Source of the DNA: Octopus sinensis
Taxonomy: Eukaryota
Reading direction: 5' to 3'
Assembly (NCBI RefSeq): GCF_006345805.1
Contig: NC_043024.1
Location: 19,158,001 to 19,222,000, forward strand
Length of the DNA: 64,000 bases
This document shows, piece by piece, positions 26,451 to 39,623 of the stretch. The position numbers and the translations under genes were made by a program. Numbering within the stretch: the stretch's first letter is position 1; every line of letters starts with the position of its first letter. The notes beneath the pieces were generated by a model. That model was not told the origin of the DNA and ran no database searches. It saw only the letters and a program-made list of their open reading frames with translations.

Positions 26451-26832
26451 TTATTGTTTCAAAGCAAGGATCTTTCCTCTTCTTTCTTTCTTTTCTTCCT
26501 TTGATCTTTTACTTGTATTAGTCATTGAACCGTGACCATGCTGGAGCACCATCTTGAATAGTTTTCCAGTTGAACAAATTGGTTCTAGTGCTTCTTGATT
26601 TTCTTCAAGTCTGCTATTTATTTTTTCAGGTTCTTTTGCTGAACTGCTAAGTTACAGGAATGTCAACAAAAAGAAAACCAACCAGTAAGAGAGTGGGACA
26701 AATACAAAGAAACACCCACAGACAACACACACGCACATATATATATATATATGTAAAGGTGGTGCTCCAGCATGGCTGCAGTCAAAAGTCTCTGAACAAG
26801 TAAAAGAATAAAAGAATAATTCATTTTTGGAT

Positions 26833-27228
26833 TTACTCTTTTACTCTTTTACTTGTTTCAGTCATGTGACTGTGGCCATGCTGGAGCACCGCCTTTAGTT
26901 GATCAAATCGACTTATTCTTTGTAAGCCTAGTACTTATTTTACTGGTCTCCTTTTTGCCGAACTGCTAAGTTACAGGGACGTAAACACACCAGCATCGGT
27001 TGTCAAGCGATGTTGGGGGGACAAACACAAACACGCACATAATTATATATATATATACATATATACGACAGGCTTCTTTCAGTTTCCGTCTACCAAATCT
27101 ACTCACAAGGCTTTGATTGTCCCAAGGCTATAGTAGAAGACACTTGCCCAAGGTGCCATGCAGTGGGACTGAACTTGGAACCATGTGGTTTGTAAGCAAG
27201 CTACTTACCACACAGCCACTCCTATGCC
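26833..27228 (-). mobile_element. SINE family 1
   Basis: Full copy. Confidence 0.9.
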
Positions 27229-27435
27229 TGGATTTGGTTTGCAAGATTCTTTATGTGAGTTTGTGTGTTGAAGCATATTCTGTTGTGTCTGAGGAGAGTC
27301 ATTCTCTTTTAGAGCCTTATTATTTAACACACTCACCGCTAAAGTTTACACTTATTTTCTTATTTATTTTTCTAAAGTTTTCGTTGCATTTTGCAACCTT
27401 TTCAAACTATTGAAATGGTTGCAAGACGCAGTAGA

Positions 27436-27482
<47 letters not shown>

Positions 27483-27490
27483 ATATATGT

Positions 27491-27897
27491 AGGTGCAGGA
27501 GTGGCTGTGTGGTAAGTAGCTTGCTTACCAACCACATGGTTCCGGGTTCAGTCCCACTGCATGGCATCTTGAGCAAGTGTCTTCTACTATAGCCTCGGGC
27601 CGACCAAAGCCTTGTCAGTGGATTTGGTAGACGGAAACTGAAAGAAGCCATTCGTATATATGTATATATATGTGTGTGTGTGTATGTTTGTGTGTCTGTG
27701 TTTGTCCCCCTAGCATTGCTTGACAGCCGATGCTGGTGTGTTTACGTCCCCGTCATCTAGCAGTTCGGCAAAAAGAGACTGATAGAATAAATACTGGGCT
27801 TACAAAGAATAAGTCCCAGAGTCGACTTGCCTGACTAAAGGTGGTGCTCCAGCATGGCCACAGTCAAATGACTGAAACAAGTAAAAGAGAGTAAAAT
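27491..27897 (+). mobile_element. SINE family 1
   Basis: Full copy between (TA)n tracts. Confidence 0.9.
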
Positions 27898-28088
27898 ATA
27901 TATATATATATAATAAATATTAGAGAATAAATCCAAACTTATTTTTTTAATAATTTTGTTATATATTTAAATAATATAAATTAAATAATCTTATGTATTG
28001 GCTTAAGTTTTTCATTGTATGATTTGCCTAATAGTGGTTTTGTCTCTAATTTAATATAACATATATATATATATATATATATATAAAT

Positions 28089-28564
28089 GTAGCCATGATA
28101 AAAATCCATGCTTCGGATGTCGAGGTGGAAATCCACGCCACCATCTCTTCAGCCATCGGAAAAATACTATGAAAAATAACCATTATACAAAGTGAAATTA
28201 CTGTTTGACTGACCGTTATTAAGATAAAAGAGATATTTGAATGACCGCTAAGTGAGGGGAGGGGGTAAAGGTAAGGGGGTAAAACAGTTCATAGTATTCG
28301 CATAAGCGTGCATGTTCATACCTACACATGTGCGCTTACGTGAATACTATGAACATTTTTACCCGCTTACTTTTACTCCCTCCCTCCCCTCACTTAGCGG
28401 TCATTCAAATATCTCTTTTGTCTTAATAACAGTCAATCACACAGTAATTTCTCTTTGTATAACGGTCATTTTTCATAGCATTTTTCCGATGGCTGGATAA
28501 CTGAAGAGATGGTGGCATGGATTTCCACCTTAGCATCCAAAACTAGGAGTTTTATCTTGGCTAC
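28089..28564. mobile_element. Foldback element A (476-bp imperfect palindrome) with hammerhead-like motifs in both arms
   Basis: GTAGCCATGATAAAA...TTTTATCTTGGCTAC; arms differ mostly by CpG-type transitions; repeated at 29557 and 30388. Confidence 0.85.
28496..28556 (+). ncRNA. Degenerate type I hammerhead-like motif (family A)
   Basis: GATAA CTGAAGA GATG...CATC C AAAA CT AGG AG TT TTATC: stems I and III intact, G12A (CG to CA decay), bulged C in stem II. Confidence 0.45.
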
Positions 28565-28767
28565 CGAATAATTGTCACATATTACATTTACAGATAAATT
28601 CCTCTATTTACATAATATCGAGGTCTCTTTCTTTCTTTTGTTGTCTTATAATTTATATATATGCCGGAGTAAACACATAAATGTGAAACAAGGTGGAAAA
28701 AAGAGTACCCAAATACCAGTGGTAGAGTAATATGCTTTATTTAAACCAGCAGAAAATTCTACAAAAC

Positions 28768-28805
28768 CTGTTACTCTGAGTTTCACGTTGCCATTCATCG
28801 GACAG
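28768..28805 (-). ncRNA. Type I hammerhead motif (family B), best-preserved copy
   Basis: Reverse complement reads CTGT CCGATGA ATG GCAA CGT GAAA CTCAGAGTA ACAG; all three stems pair, GNRA loop II, GUA site, only deviation U4C. Confidence 0.65.
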
Positions 28806-28828
28806 TTTCTGCTAGAATCTAGCAAAAA

Positions 28829-28866
28829 CTGTCCGATGAACGGCAATGGGAAACTCAGAGTAACAG
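28829..28866 (+). ncRNA. Type I hammerhead-like motif (family B, stem II damaged)
   Basis: CTGT CCGATGA ACG GCAA TGG GAAA CTCAGAGTA ACAG. Confidence 0.5.
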
Positions 28867-29513
28867 GTTTTGTTGAATTTTCTGCTGCTTTAAATAAAGT
28901 ATATATATATATATATATACATAGATAGATAGATATACACAAGCATACATACAAATATACATACTTACATACATACACATATTTACATGTGCACATATAT
29001 ATATTGTGAGATCGTGGGTTCGATTCCCAGACTGGGCATTCTTGAGCAAAGCACTTCATTTCATGTCGCTCTGCAATCATTTCATTATCTGACATGTTGC
29101 ACCTGTACAGGTAACATCAATTTGGTAGAAGAAGTAAGCTTATGTGTCCACAGCCATGTGATCATTATCAATAAATCATTTGTGTGGTTGTTTGGCAAGT
29201 AATTGCTGAAACCTCATTCATCATCAAATGGTGGGAGAGTCCATGATACACACACACACACACACACACACACAACACCCAAGCTGGTGACATTTAAACA
29301 GCACCTGTGCCAGTGACATATAAAAGGTACACTGTGTGGAATGGTCGGCATTAGGAAGGGCATCCAGCCATAGAAACTGAGCCGAAGCAAGCTGGGGTCT
29401 GGTGCTACCCCCTGCCTTACCAGCTCCAGTCAAACCATTTTACCCATGCTAGCATGAAAAATGGACAGTAAATGATAATGATGATGATTATATATACATA
29501 TATATATACACCC

Positions 29514-29550
<37 letters not shown>

Positions 29551-31792
29551 ATAAATGTAGCCATGATAAAAATCCATGCTTCGGATGTCGAGGTGGAAAT
29601 CCACGCCACCATCTCTTCAGCCATCGGAAAAATACTATGAAAAATGACCGTTATACAAAGTGAAATTACTGTTTGACTGACCGTTATTAAGATAAAAGAG
29701 ATATTTGAATGACCGCTAAGTGAGGGGAGGGGGTAAAGGTAAGGGGGTAAAACAGTTCATAGTATTCGCATAAGCGTGCATGTTCATACCTACACATGTG
29801 CGCTTACGTGAATACTATGAACATTTTTACCCGCTTACTTTTACTCCCTCCCTCCCCTCACTTAGCGGTCATTCAAATATCTCTTTTGTCTAATAACAGT
29901 CAATCACACAGTAATTTCTCTTTGTATAACGGTCATTTTTCATAGCATTTTTCCGATGGCTGGATAACTGAAGAGATGGTGGCATGGATTTCCACCTTAG
30001 CATCCAAAACTAGGAGTTTTATCTTGGCTACCGAATAATTGTCACATATTACATTTACAGATAAATTCCTCTATTTACATAATATCGAGGTCTCTTTCTT
30101 TCTTTTGTTGTCTTATAATTTATATATATGCCGGAGTAAACACATAATGTGAAACAAGGTGGAAAAAAGAGTACCCAAATACCAGTGGTAGAGTAATATG
30201 CTTTATTTAAACCAGCAGAAAATTCTACAAAACCTGTTACTCTGAGTTTCACGTTGCCATTCATCGGACAGTTTCTGCTAGAATCTAGCAAAACTGTCCG
30301 ATGAACGGCAATGGGAAACTCAGAGTAACAGGTTTTGTTGAATTTTCTGCTGCTTTAAATAAAGTATATATATATATATCTATAAATGTAGCCATGATAA
30401 AAATCCTGCTTCGGATGTCGAGGTGGAAATCCACGCCACCATCTCTTCAGCCATCGGAAAAATACTATGAAAAATGACCGTTATACAAAGTGAAATTACT
30501 GTTTGACTGACCGTTATTAAGATAAAAGAGATATTTGAATGACCGCTAAGTGAGGGGAGGGGGTAAAGGTAAGGGGGTAAAACAGTTCATAGTATTCGCA
30601 TAAGCGTGCATGTTCATACCTACACATGTGCGCTTACGTGAATACTATGAACATTTTTACCCGCTTACTTTTACTCCCTCCCTCCCCTCACTTAGCGGTC
30701 ATTCAAATATCTCTTTTGTCTAATAACAGTCAATCACACAGTAATTTCTCTTTGTATAACGGTCATTTTTCATAGCATTTTTCCGATGGCTGGATAACTG
30801 AAGAGATGGTGGCATGGATTTCCACCTTAGCATCCAAAACTAGGAGTTTTATCTTGGCTACCGAATAATTGTCACATATTACATTACAGATAAATTCCTC
30901 TATTTACATAATATCGAGGTCTCTTTCTTTCTTTTGTTGTCTTATAATTTATATATATGCCGGAGTAAACACATAAATGTGAAACAAGGTGGAAAAAAGA
31001 GTACCCAAATACCAGTGGTAGAGTAATATGCTTTATTTAAACCAGCAGAAAATTCTACAAAACCTGTTACTCTGAGTTTCACGTTGCCATTCATCGGACA
31101 GTTTCTGCTAGAATCTAGCAAAACTGTCCGATGAACGGCAATGGGAAACTCAGAGTAACAGGTTTTGTTGAATTTTCTGCTGCTTTAAATAAAGTATATA
31201 TATATATATATATACATAGATAGATAGATATACACAAGCATACATACAAATATACATACTTACATACATACACATATTTACATGTGCACATATATATATT
31301 GTGAGATCGTGGGTTCGATTCCCAGACTGGGCATTCTTGAGCAAAGCACTTCATTTCATGTCGCTCTGCAATCATTTCATTATCTGACATGTTGCACCTG
31401 TACAGGTAACATCAATTTGGTAGAAGAAGTAAGCTTATGTGTCCACAGCCATGTGATCATTATCAATAAATCATTTGTGTGGTTGTTTGGCAAGTAATTG
31501 CTGAAACCTCATTCATCATCAAATGGTGGGAGAGTCCATGATACACACACACAACACCCAAGCTGGTGACATTTAAACAGCACCTGTGCCAGTGACATAT
31601 AAAAGGTACACTGTGTGGAATGGTCGGCATTAGGAAGGGCATCCAGCCATAGAAACTGAGCCGAAGCAAGCTGGGGTCTGGTGCTACCCCCTGCCTTACC
31701 AGCTCCAGTCAAACCATTTTACCCATGCTAGCATGAAAAATGGACAGTAAATGATAATGATGATGATTATATATACATATATATATACACCC

Positions 31793-31828
<36 letters not shown>

Positions 31829-32384
31829 CACACATATACATATACATACATACACACACACATATATATAGAGAGAGACCCCCTTCGGTCACGACACAGA
31901 CCATGGGATTGCACGTAGAAAGTTACCCTCCCAGGCACAAGTCCGGGCAAGGTTGTTTATGGAAGACAACCAGTCGCCCGTGTATAGCAGCCTCCCCTCT
32001 TCACACCACCGATATTATCCAAGGGAAAGACAAAAGGAGCCGATACAGCTTGGCACCTGTAACGTTGCAATTCATTTCTACAGCTGAGTGAACTGGAGCA
32101 ATGTGAAATAAAGTGCCTTGCTCAAGAACACAACACACAGCCCGGTCCGGGATTCGAGCTCTCAACCTCACGATCGTAAGTGTGACGCTCTAACCACTGA
32201 GCCATGCTCCTTCACATATATATATATACTATATATATATATATGAAGAAAGAGAGGAGCTATAAGATGAATATACATTAGACCCCTTTTGTTTAGTTCT
32301 GATTTACTCTGTGCTTCATAGCCTGATCCATCAAAGGAGGTTTTTTTATGAGTTCTATCCTATTTGTAAAATCCATGTATTTTC

Positions 32385-32685
32385 GTTTAGCATCCGCTTT
32401 CCATGCTAGCATGGGTTGGATGGTTCAACTGGGGTCTGGGAAGCCAGAAGGCTGCACCAGGCCCAGTCTGATCTGCGAGTGTGTCTCTATAGCTGGATAC
32501 CCTTCCTCATGCCAACCACTCCATGAGTGTAGTGGGTGCACGGAGGCCAGGCAAGGCTGGCAACGGCCATGATCGGATGGTGTTTCTTACATGCCACCGG
32601 CACGGAGGCCAGGCGAGGCTGGCAATGGCCATGATCGGATGGTGCTTCTTACGTGCCACTGGCACAGAGGCAGTCGGGGCGGCGA
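32385..32685 (-). mobile_element. RTE 3' tail fragment
   Basis: CCATGCTAGCATGG and GTGCCACCGGCAC modules. Confidence 0.9.
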
Positions 32686-32707
32686 GTATTGTGCATTAAA
32701 TTTATAC

Positions 32708-32794
32708 AGTCACTACTAATGAGCTTGTAATTTTCAGGCAAAATCTGTCTAGTATAGTGACCCGGCTTCACTGTAAGATGGTTATCTCCCCTGT
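32708..32794 (-). CDS. Candidate 87-nt phase 1-1 exon (xRGDNHLTVKPGHYTRQILPENYKLISSD)
   Basis: ttttttatatacag acceptor, GTATAA donor, open frame; competes with an overlapping 35-nt plus-strand candidate (32738-32772). Confidence 0.25.
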
Positions 32795-33064
32795 CTGTAT
32801 ATAAAAAATGTGCATTCTTGAAACTCTAAAGTTTTTTTTAACTCTTACTTCTAGTAATATAGGTGATACTTGAAACCCTCAGTCACAATTAACGACAACT
32901 GAATTTTTTTTTTTTCAGTTTAATATTTTGTATAGTCACCATCATTATTTTATATATATTGTGTGAAAGCACCAGCTGTGTTAAAACATGTTGTCTGAGA
33001 TTTTTTCATCACATGAAACTATTTGTAAGTAGTTCATAAAAACACGCATTCAGTTTATTAAATA

Positions 33065-33468
33065 CTCTTTTTACTCTTTTACTTGTTTCAGTCATATGAC
33101 TGCGGCCATGCTGGAGCACCGCCTTTTAGTCGAGTAAATCGACCCCAGGACTTATTCTTTTTAAGCCTAGTACTTATTCTATCAGTCTCTTTTGCTGAAC
33201 CGCTAAGTGACGGGGACGTAAACACACCAGCATCGGTTGTCAAGCAATGCTAGGGGGACAAACACAGACACACAAACATATACACACATACATATATATA
33301 TATATACATATATACGACAGGCTTCTTCCAGTTTCCGTCTACCAAATCCACTCACAAGGTATTGGTCGGCCTGAGGCTATAGCAGAAGACACTTGCCCAA
33401 GATGCCATGCAGTGGGACTGAACCCGGAACCATGTGGTTGGTAAGCAAGCTACTTACCACACAGCCAC
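33065..33468 (-). mobile_element. SINE family 1 flanked by 95-bp direct repeats
   Basis: 32970-33064 matches 33466-33560. Confidence 0.92.
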
Positions 33469-33899
33469 CAGTTGTGTTAAAATATGTTGTCTGAGATGTT
33501 TTCATCACATGAAAGTATTTGTAAGTAGTTCATAAAAACATGCATTCAGTTTATTAAATAATATTTATCTCTCACCAAATGGAGTACTTTTTTTCCTGAT
33601 CTTACCATCATGGGACAATACATTATCTATATGCATGTGTGTGTGTATAACAAAAACGGTAACAAGGATGAAGAATATATATCTTTGATTCAGGATTACA
33701 TCATACAAAGGCTGACAGGTGTTTCCTTTGTGTAAATGGTTTTATATGTATGATGGCAGATACAATAATTGAATCGGTCCATATTGAATTGATTGTGAAA
33801 TCAGATATAGTAAATACTTGTGCAAACGTAATGTTTTTCAAGGCAACCCACCCAGGTGTGAATCTGATGTGGAGTGAGGATTTTTCAGCATTTGGGAGA

Positions 33900-34395
33900 A
33901 ATCACTAAACTGCATATATGTAGGTGCACTCATGCACAGCAATGCACACATGCACACACGACACACACACAATGCACGCACACACACGCACACACACACA
34001 GATGCACACATGAGACACACACACAATGCACACACACACACACGACGCACACACATGCACACACACACATACATACACACACACACATGCACACACGACA
34101 CACACACAATGCATGCACATGCACGCACACACACACACACACAGATGCACACATGAGACACACACACAACACACACACACACACACGACGCACCACACAT
34201 GCACACACACACACACTCACACACACACACAGAGTAATCAAAGTATGTGTGAATGCAAATATATTTCAGCTGCTCTTGCCAATCAGTTTCAAATGAGACA
34301 AGAAAACACACACACACATGCACCCACCCACACACACACACACACACATACACACACACACACTCACACACACATGCACACACACACATATACGA
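33900..34395. repeat. Compound (CA)n array
   Basis: Direct inspection. Confidence 0.95.
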
Positions 34396-34474
34396 TAGGC
34401 TTCTTTTAGTTTCTGATTGCCAAATCCACTTACAAATCTTTGGTCAACCTAAGGATATGGTAGAGGACACTATA

Positions 34475-34864
34475 AGGCGCCGGGCGAAATGCTTAGCGGT
34501 ATTTCGTCTGCCATTACATTCTGAGTTCAAATTCCGCCGAGGTCGACTTTGCCTTTCATCCTTTCGGAGTCGATAAATAAAGTACCAGCTACGCACTGGG
34601 GTCGATGTAATCGACTTAATCTCTTTGTGTGCCCTTGTTTGTCCCCTCTATGTTTAGCCCCTTGTAGGCAATACAGAAATAGGTATTTCGTCTGCCGTTA
34701 CATTCTGAGTTCAAATTCCGCCAAGGTTGACTTTGCCTTTCATCCTTTCGGGGTCGATAAATAAAGTACCAGTTTCACACTGGGGTCGATGTAATCAACT
34801 TAATCTCTTTGTGTGCCCTTGTTTGTCCCCTCTATGTTTAGCCCCTTGTAGGCAATAAAGAAAT
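34475..34864 (+). mobile_element. SINE family 2 dimer nested in a family 1 SINE remnant
   Basis: Two tandem core units. Confidence 0.85.
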
Positions 34865-35509
34865 ATATGTGGTACAGGACACTTGCCCAAAGTGTCATGC
34901 AGTGGGACTGAACCTAGAAGCATGTGGTTTGGAAGCAAGCTTCTTACCACACAGCCACACCTGCACCTGTATGTGTGTGTATATATCATCATCATCATTT
35001 AATATCCATCTTCCATGCATACATGGGTAAGTTAGTTCACAGGAATTGGCCAGGTAGAAAAACTACCTCATGCTACTGTCTCTGCTTTGGTAGAGTTTTT
35101 GCGGCTGGATGCCCTTCCTAACACCAACCACTCTGCAGAGTGGACTCAGTGGTTTTTATGTGGCACTAGCACAGGTGGGGTTAGTTTTGGCATGGGTTTT
35201 ACAGCTGGATGCCCTTCCAAATGCCAACCATCTTACAGTGTGGACTGGATGCTTTTTACATGGTACCAACACTGGCAGGGTTACCAAGTAACTCATGAGA
35301 CAAGGAATTATGAGAGGGGCAGGGATATTATTTGAGGAGGGGACTTGTGTCAGAGGATGAAAGGTTAGAGGGTGACGAAGAGCCAGAGAGAGAGGGAAAC
35401 AGATGTTTTGCTATAATGGAGGGGGGGCATTGGAGGATGTGATACAGAATCGGATGATGAAAAGTTGGAGTGTGACAGAGAAATAGAGAGGCAGAAATAG
35501 GTGTCAGAA

Positions 35510-35743
35510 AAAGGCAGCAAGTTGGTAGAAACGTTAGCACACCGGGCGAAATGCTTAGCGGTATTTCGTCTGCTGTTACATTCTGAGTTCAAATTATGCC
35601 GAGGTCGACTTTACCTTTCATCCTTTTGGGGTCGATAAATTAAGTACCAGTTACACACTGGGGTCAATGTAATCGACTTAATCCCTTTGTCTGTCCTTGT
35701 TTGTCCCCTCTGTGTTTAGTCCCTTGTGGGCAATAAAGAAATA
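35510..35743 (+). mobile_element. SINE family 2
   Basis: 13-bp TSD AGAAATAGGTGTC (35493, 35744). Confidence 0.9.
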
Positions 35744-36450
35744 AGAAATAGGTGTCTTGCTATAGAGAAGATACATGGTCACCCAGTGAGAGAGAGAGAG
35801 AGAGAGCGACCATAAATAAGGGCAGAAATAGGTGTGCTGATGTAGAGGAGATATATGGCCATCCAGCAAGAGGGAAGAGTGAAGGAAAGAGAGAAAGAGA
35901 GAGAGTAGGAAACAGCAAAGGTGTGAGAGAGAGCAGGAGAGAGATGGTGAAGTGCCAGGGTATACTCACAAGTAACCAGGATCAGAGCATAGATGCGATG
36001 GTAGAGTTGAGAAATGAGAGGTAAGAAGCTAAGCTCATAATGTAAGCTGCAAGGTATTGCTAAGAAGGTGCAAGTAGGGAGTAAGGATTGCAGTGATTGG
36101 TACACTAAGTGAAATTGTAGTTGTGGCCAGAGCAGGTACCACATGAAAGGTACTCATGTACTGGCATGAGTGCCTTTCATGTGGATGCCTGATATGCTCT
36201 TTGGAGTGGTTGGCATTAGGAAAGGCACCCAGCCATGGAAACCAAGCCAAAATAGAGCAGAGCCTGGTACAGCTCTCTGGCTTACCAGTTCCAGTCAAAC
36301 CGTTTAACCCATGCCAGCAAAGAAAAAGGATGCTAAATGATGATGTGGATGCTGAGGATACATAGACACACACACACACACAGACACACACACACAAACA
36401 TTTGCACAGTTTCCATTTACCAAACTGGATTCTATTCATAAAGTCATATT

Positions 36451-36682
36451 TATTTCGTTACTACCCACAAGGGGCTAAACACAGAGGAGACAAACAAGGA
36501 CAGACAAACGGATTAAGTCGATTACATCGACCCCAATGCATTACTGGTACTTATTTAATCGACCCCGAAAGGATGAAAGGCTAAGTCGACCTCGGCAGAA
36601 TTTGAACTCAGAACGTAACGTCAGACGAAATACGGCTACGCATTTCGCCCGGCATGCTAACGATTCTGCCAGCTCATCGCCT
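36451..36682 (-). mobile_element. SINE family 2
   Basis: 18-bp TSD TATTCATAAAGTCATATT (36433, 36683). Confidence 0.92.
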
Positions 36683-36949
36683 TATTCATAAAGTCATATT
36701 GGTAAACGAGAAACTAGATTATAAAAAGATTTACCCAAAGTACTTTAGAATAAGAATTGAAACTGGAACCATGCAGCTCGCAGCCAGTTTCTGAACCATA
36801 CGCTTTTGCCAATGCCACAGATTTTCACATCATTTTATTAATGGCTTCAGCTCGGATCAAATGTCAATTTGCTTGCTTTATTTCTTTGGAGTGTTTGCAC
36901 AGATATACACTATAAACATGAAAGTTTGCATGTTTAAACAAATATTCAC

Positions 36950-37089
36950 TTTCTATGAACGTATATAAATGCATATACATAAATATATATATATATACAT
37001 ATGAGTATGTGTGTGTATGTGTGCATGTGTATATATGTGTGAGTGTGTATATATATGTTTGTGTGTGTGTATATACATGTATATAAACG

Positions 37090-37131
<42 letters not shown>

Positions 37132-37430
37132 GCATACACATAATATATATGTGTGTATATGTGTTTGTGCATACATGTGAATGTGTTATATATATATGTA
37201 TAGACATACATACATATATATATGTACACATATATATATACACACATATACATATATATATATACACATACACACTCACACACACACACATATATATATA
37301 CACATACATATATATATATATACACATACACATTCACACATATATATACACATATATATATACACATACATATATGTATATATATAAACACACACACACA
37401 TACACACCCATACATACAAACGTGTAGCTA
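36950..37430. repeat. Compound (TA/TG/CA)n microsatellite
   Basis: Direct inspection. Confidence 0.95.
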
Positions 37431-37896
37431 TTTTATGTAAAGATCTAATTGTGAAAGGGTATATATTTATCTTATCACTAAAGGAGTTTTGTAATGTTTA
37501 ACTTTTGATGGGAATGTGTTCAAAGAATCAGATTAAACAAATAGCGCCAGGTGCAGACGAGACTCTGTGGTGAAGAACTTTGGTTTGCTGGCATGTGGTT
37601 TCGTGTTTGATTCCAGTTTCTATCTTCTAATGCAAGTCTTGGGTTTGACCAAAGTCTTTGAAGTTGCATTTGGTTGAATAACACTATGTAGAAGGCCATT
37701 GCTTATATACACACATGCCTCCAGTCATGCAGTTATACATACATACATACATACATACATACCTATATACACACCGAATCTTCCAGATTAAATCAATAAC
37801 TGGTTTATTTCTCCAATTATAAATGAGAAACACCTTCTACATACCCATGTAGTGTTATTCAGATATGATTTTTAAAAAATATTCATTGTAGCTAGG

Positions 37897-38296
37897 TGTT
37901 GGAGTGGCTGTGTGGTAAGTTGCTTGTTTACCAACTACATGGTTCCGGGTTCAGTCCCACTGTGTGACACCTTGGGCAAGTGTTTTCTACTATAGCCTTG
38001 GGTTGACCAAAGCCTTGTGAGTGGATTTGGTAGAGAGAAACTGAAAGAAGGCCGTCATATATATGTATATATATATGTGTGTATTTGTGTGTCTGTGTTT
38101 GTCCCCCCAACATCGCTTAACAACCGATGCTGGTGTGTTTACATCGTTGTAACTTAGTGGTTCGGCAAAAGAGACCGATAGAATAAGTACTAGGCTTACA
38201 AAGAATAAGTCCTGGGGTCGATTTGCTCAACTAAGGGAGGTGCTCCAGCATGGCCACATTCAAATGACTGAAACAAGTAAGAGAGTAAAAAGAGAG
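37897..38296 (+). mobile_element. SINE family 1
   Basis: Full copy. Confidence 0.9.
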
Positions 38297-38546
38297 TACC
38301 ATTGCGGAATGATGTGGCTTCATGGTTAAGGTGTTTGACTCTTGATTGTAAAATTGTGGTTTCAATTCCTGGACTGGGGAATGCATTATGTTCTTGAGCA
38401 AAACACTTCATTTCAGATTGCTCCAATCCACTCAGCTTGCAAAAGTGGATTAACCTGTGACAGGCTGGTTTCCCATCCAGGGAGAAAATATATACGAGCC
38501 CTTATGAGTTCATAGGGCTTGACAAGGATGCTTTTATACCCTGCAG

Positions 38547-38615
38547 GATTCTGCTAGTGTGATTATGACAGATACTAATATCAACATCATTGATGGAAAC
38601 TGTACTGAAGCACCA
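38547..38615 (+). CDS. Candidate 69-nt phase 0-0 exon (DSASVIMTDTNINIIDGNCTEAP)
   Basis: cttttataccctgcag acceptor, GTAAGC donor, open frame. Confidence 0.45.
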
Positions 38616-38664
38616 GTAAGCTATTTAAGAAGACACAGGTACTCCTCTCATTTCACATGGTTTT

Positions 38665-39466
38665 GGACCTAAGAAGCAATAGTTGTGGTGTGCAAGAGAG
38701 ACGTTTGCGTTGGTATGGTCATGTGGCAAGAATGGATGAAGATAGTTGTGTGAAAAAGTTCCACACCCTAGTGGTTGAGGGAACCTGTGGAAGAGGTAGA
38801 CCCAAGAAAATCTGGGACGAGGTGGTGAAGCATGACCTTCGAACTTTGGGTCTCACTGAGGAAATGACTAGAGACCGAGACCTTTGGAAGTATGCTATGC
38901 GTGAGAAGACCCGGCAGGACAAATGAGGCCATAATCCCGTGGCCTCTACCTGGGATGTTGCCAGCCCACTTATGCATTCCTTTCCTTCTTGGGACACAAA
39001 ACTCCACTTGTAAAGACCTGTTGAGGCAAGTGAAAATCAAAATCATAATCGATCAACATCAATGGAATTTGTAGCTGTGATACCAGTGTCGCTGGCACGT
39101 AAGAGAACCATCTGAACGTGGCCGTAGCCAGTGCCGCCCCGACTGGCCTCCGTGCCGGTGGCACATAAAAAGCACCATCCAATTCGTGGCCATTGCCAGC
39201 TTCGTCTGATCTCTTGTGCCGGTGGCATGTAAAAAACACCATCCGATCGTGGCCGTTTGCCAGCCTCGTCTGGCACCTGTGCCGGTGGCATGTAAAAGGC
39301 ACTCACTACACTCACGGAGTGGTTGGCATTAGGAAGGGCATCCAGCTGTAGAAAAATTGCCAGATCAGACTGGGCCTGGTGCAGCCTTCTGGCTTCCCAG
39401 ACCCCAGTTGAACCGTCCAACTCATGCTAGCATGGAAAACGGATGCTAAACGATGATGATGATGAT
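38665..39466 (+). mobile_element. RTE 3' fragment (end of ORF2 plus complete 3' UTR)
   Basis: VQERRLRWYGHVARMDED...GRGRPKKIWDEVVKHDLR; same family as 3948-7680. Confidence 0.95.
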
Positions 39467-39623
39467 GTCACACGTTCAGATGCCTCTACTACTCAACTGT
39501 TCTCCTCCGACTGCTACTCTCCTGACGTCTAGGCTTCTCTCTCTATATCTACGTATTGGGCTAACCTACTTCATCATCTGGGGGCGTCCACACAACATAT
39601 ATCTAAACCCTGATCTACTTTAG

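Larger units (their letters stand above)
28083..31830. repeat. Near-identical tandem triplication (units start 28089, 29557, 30388; middle unit truncated)
   Basis: Periods 1468 and 831 bp; all breakpoints in (TA)n. Confidence 0.95.
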
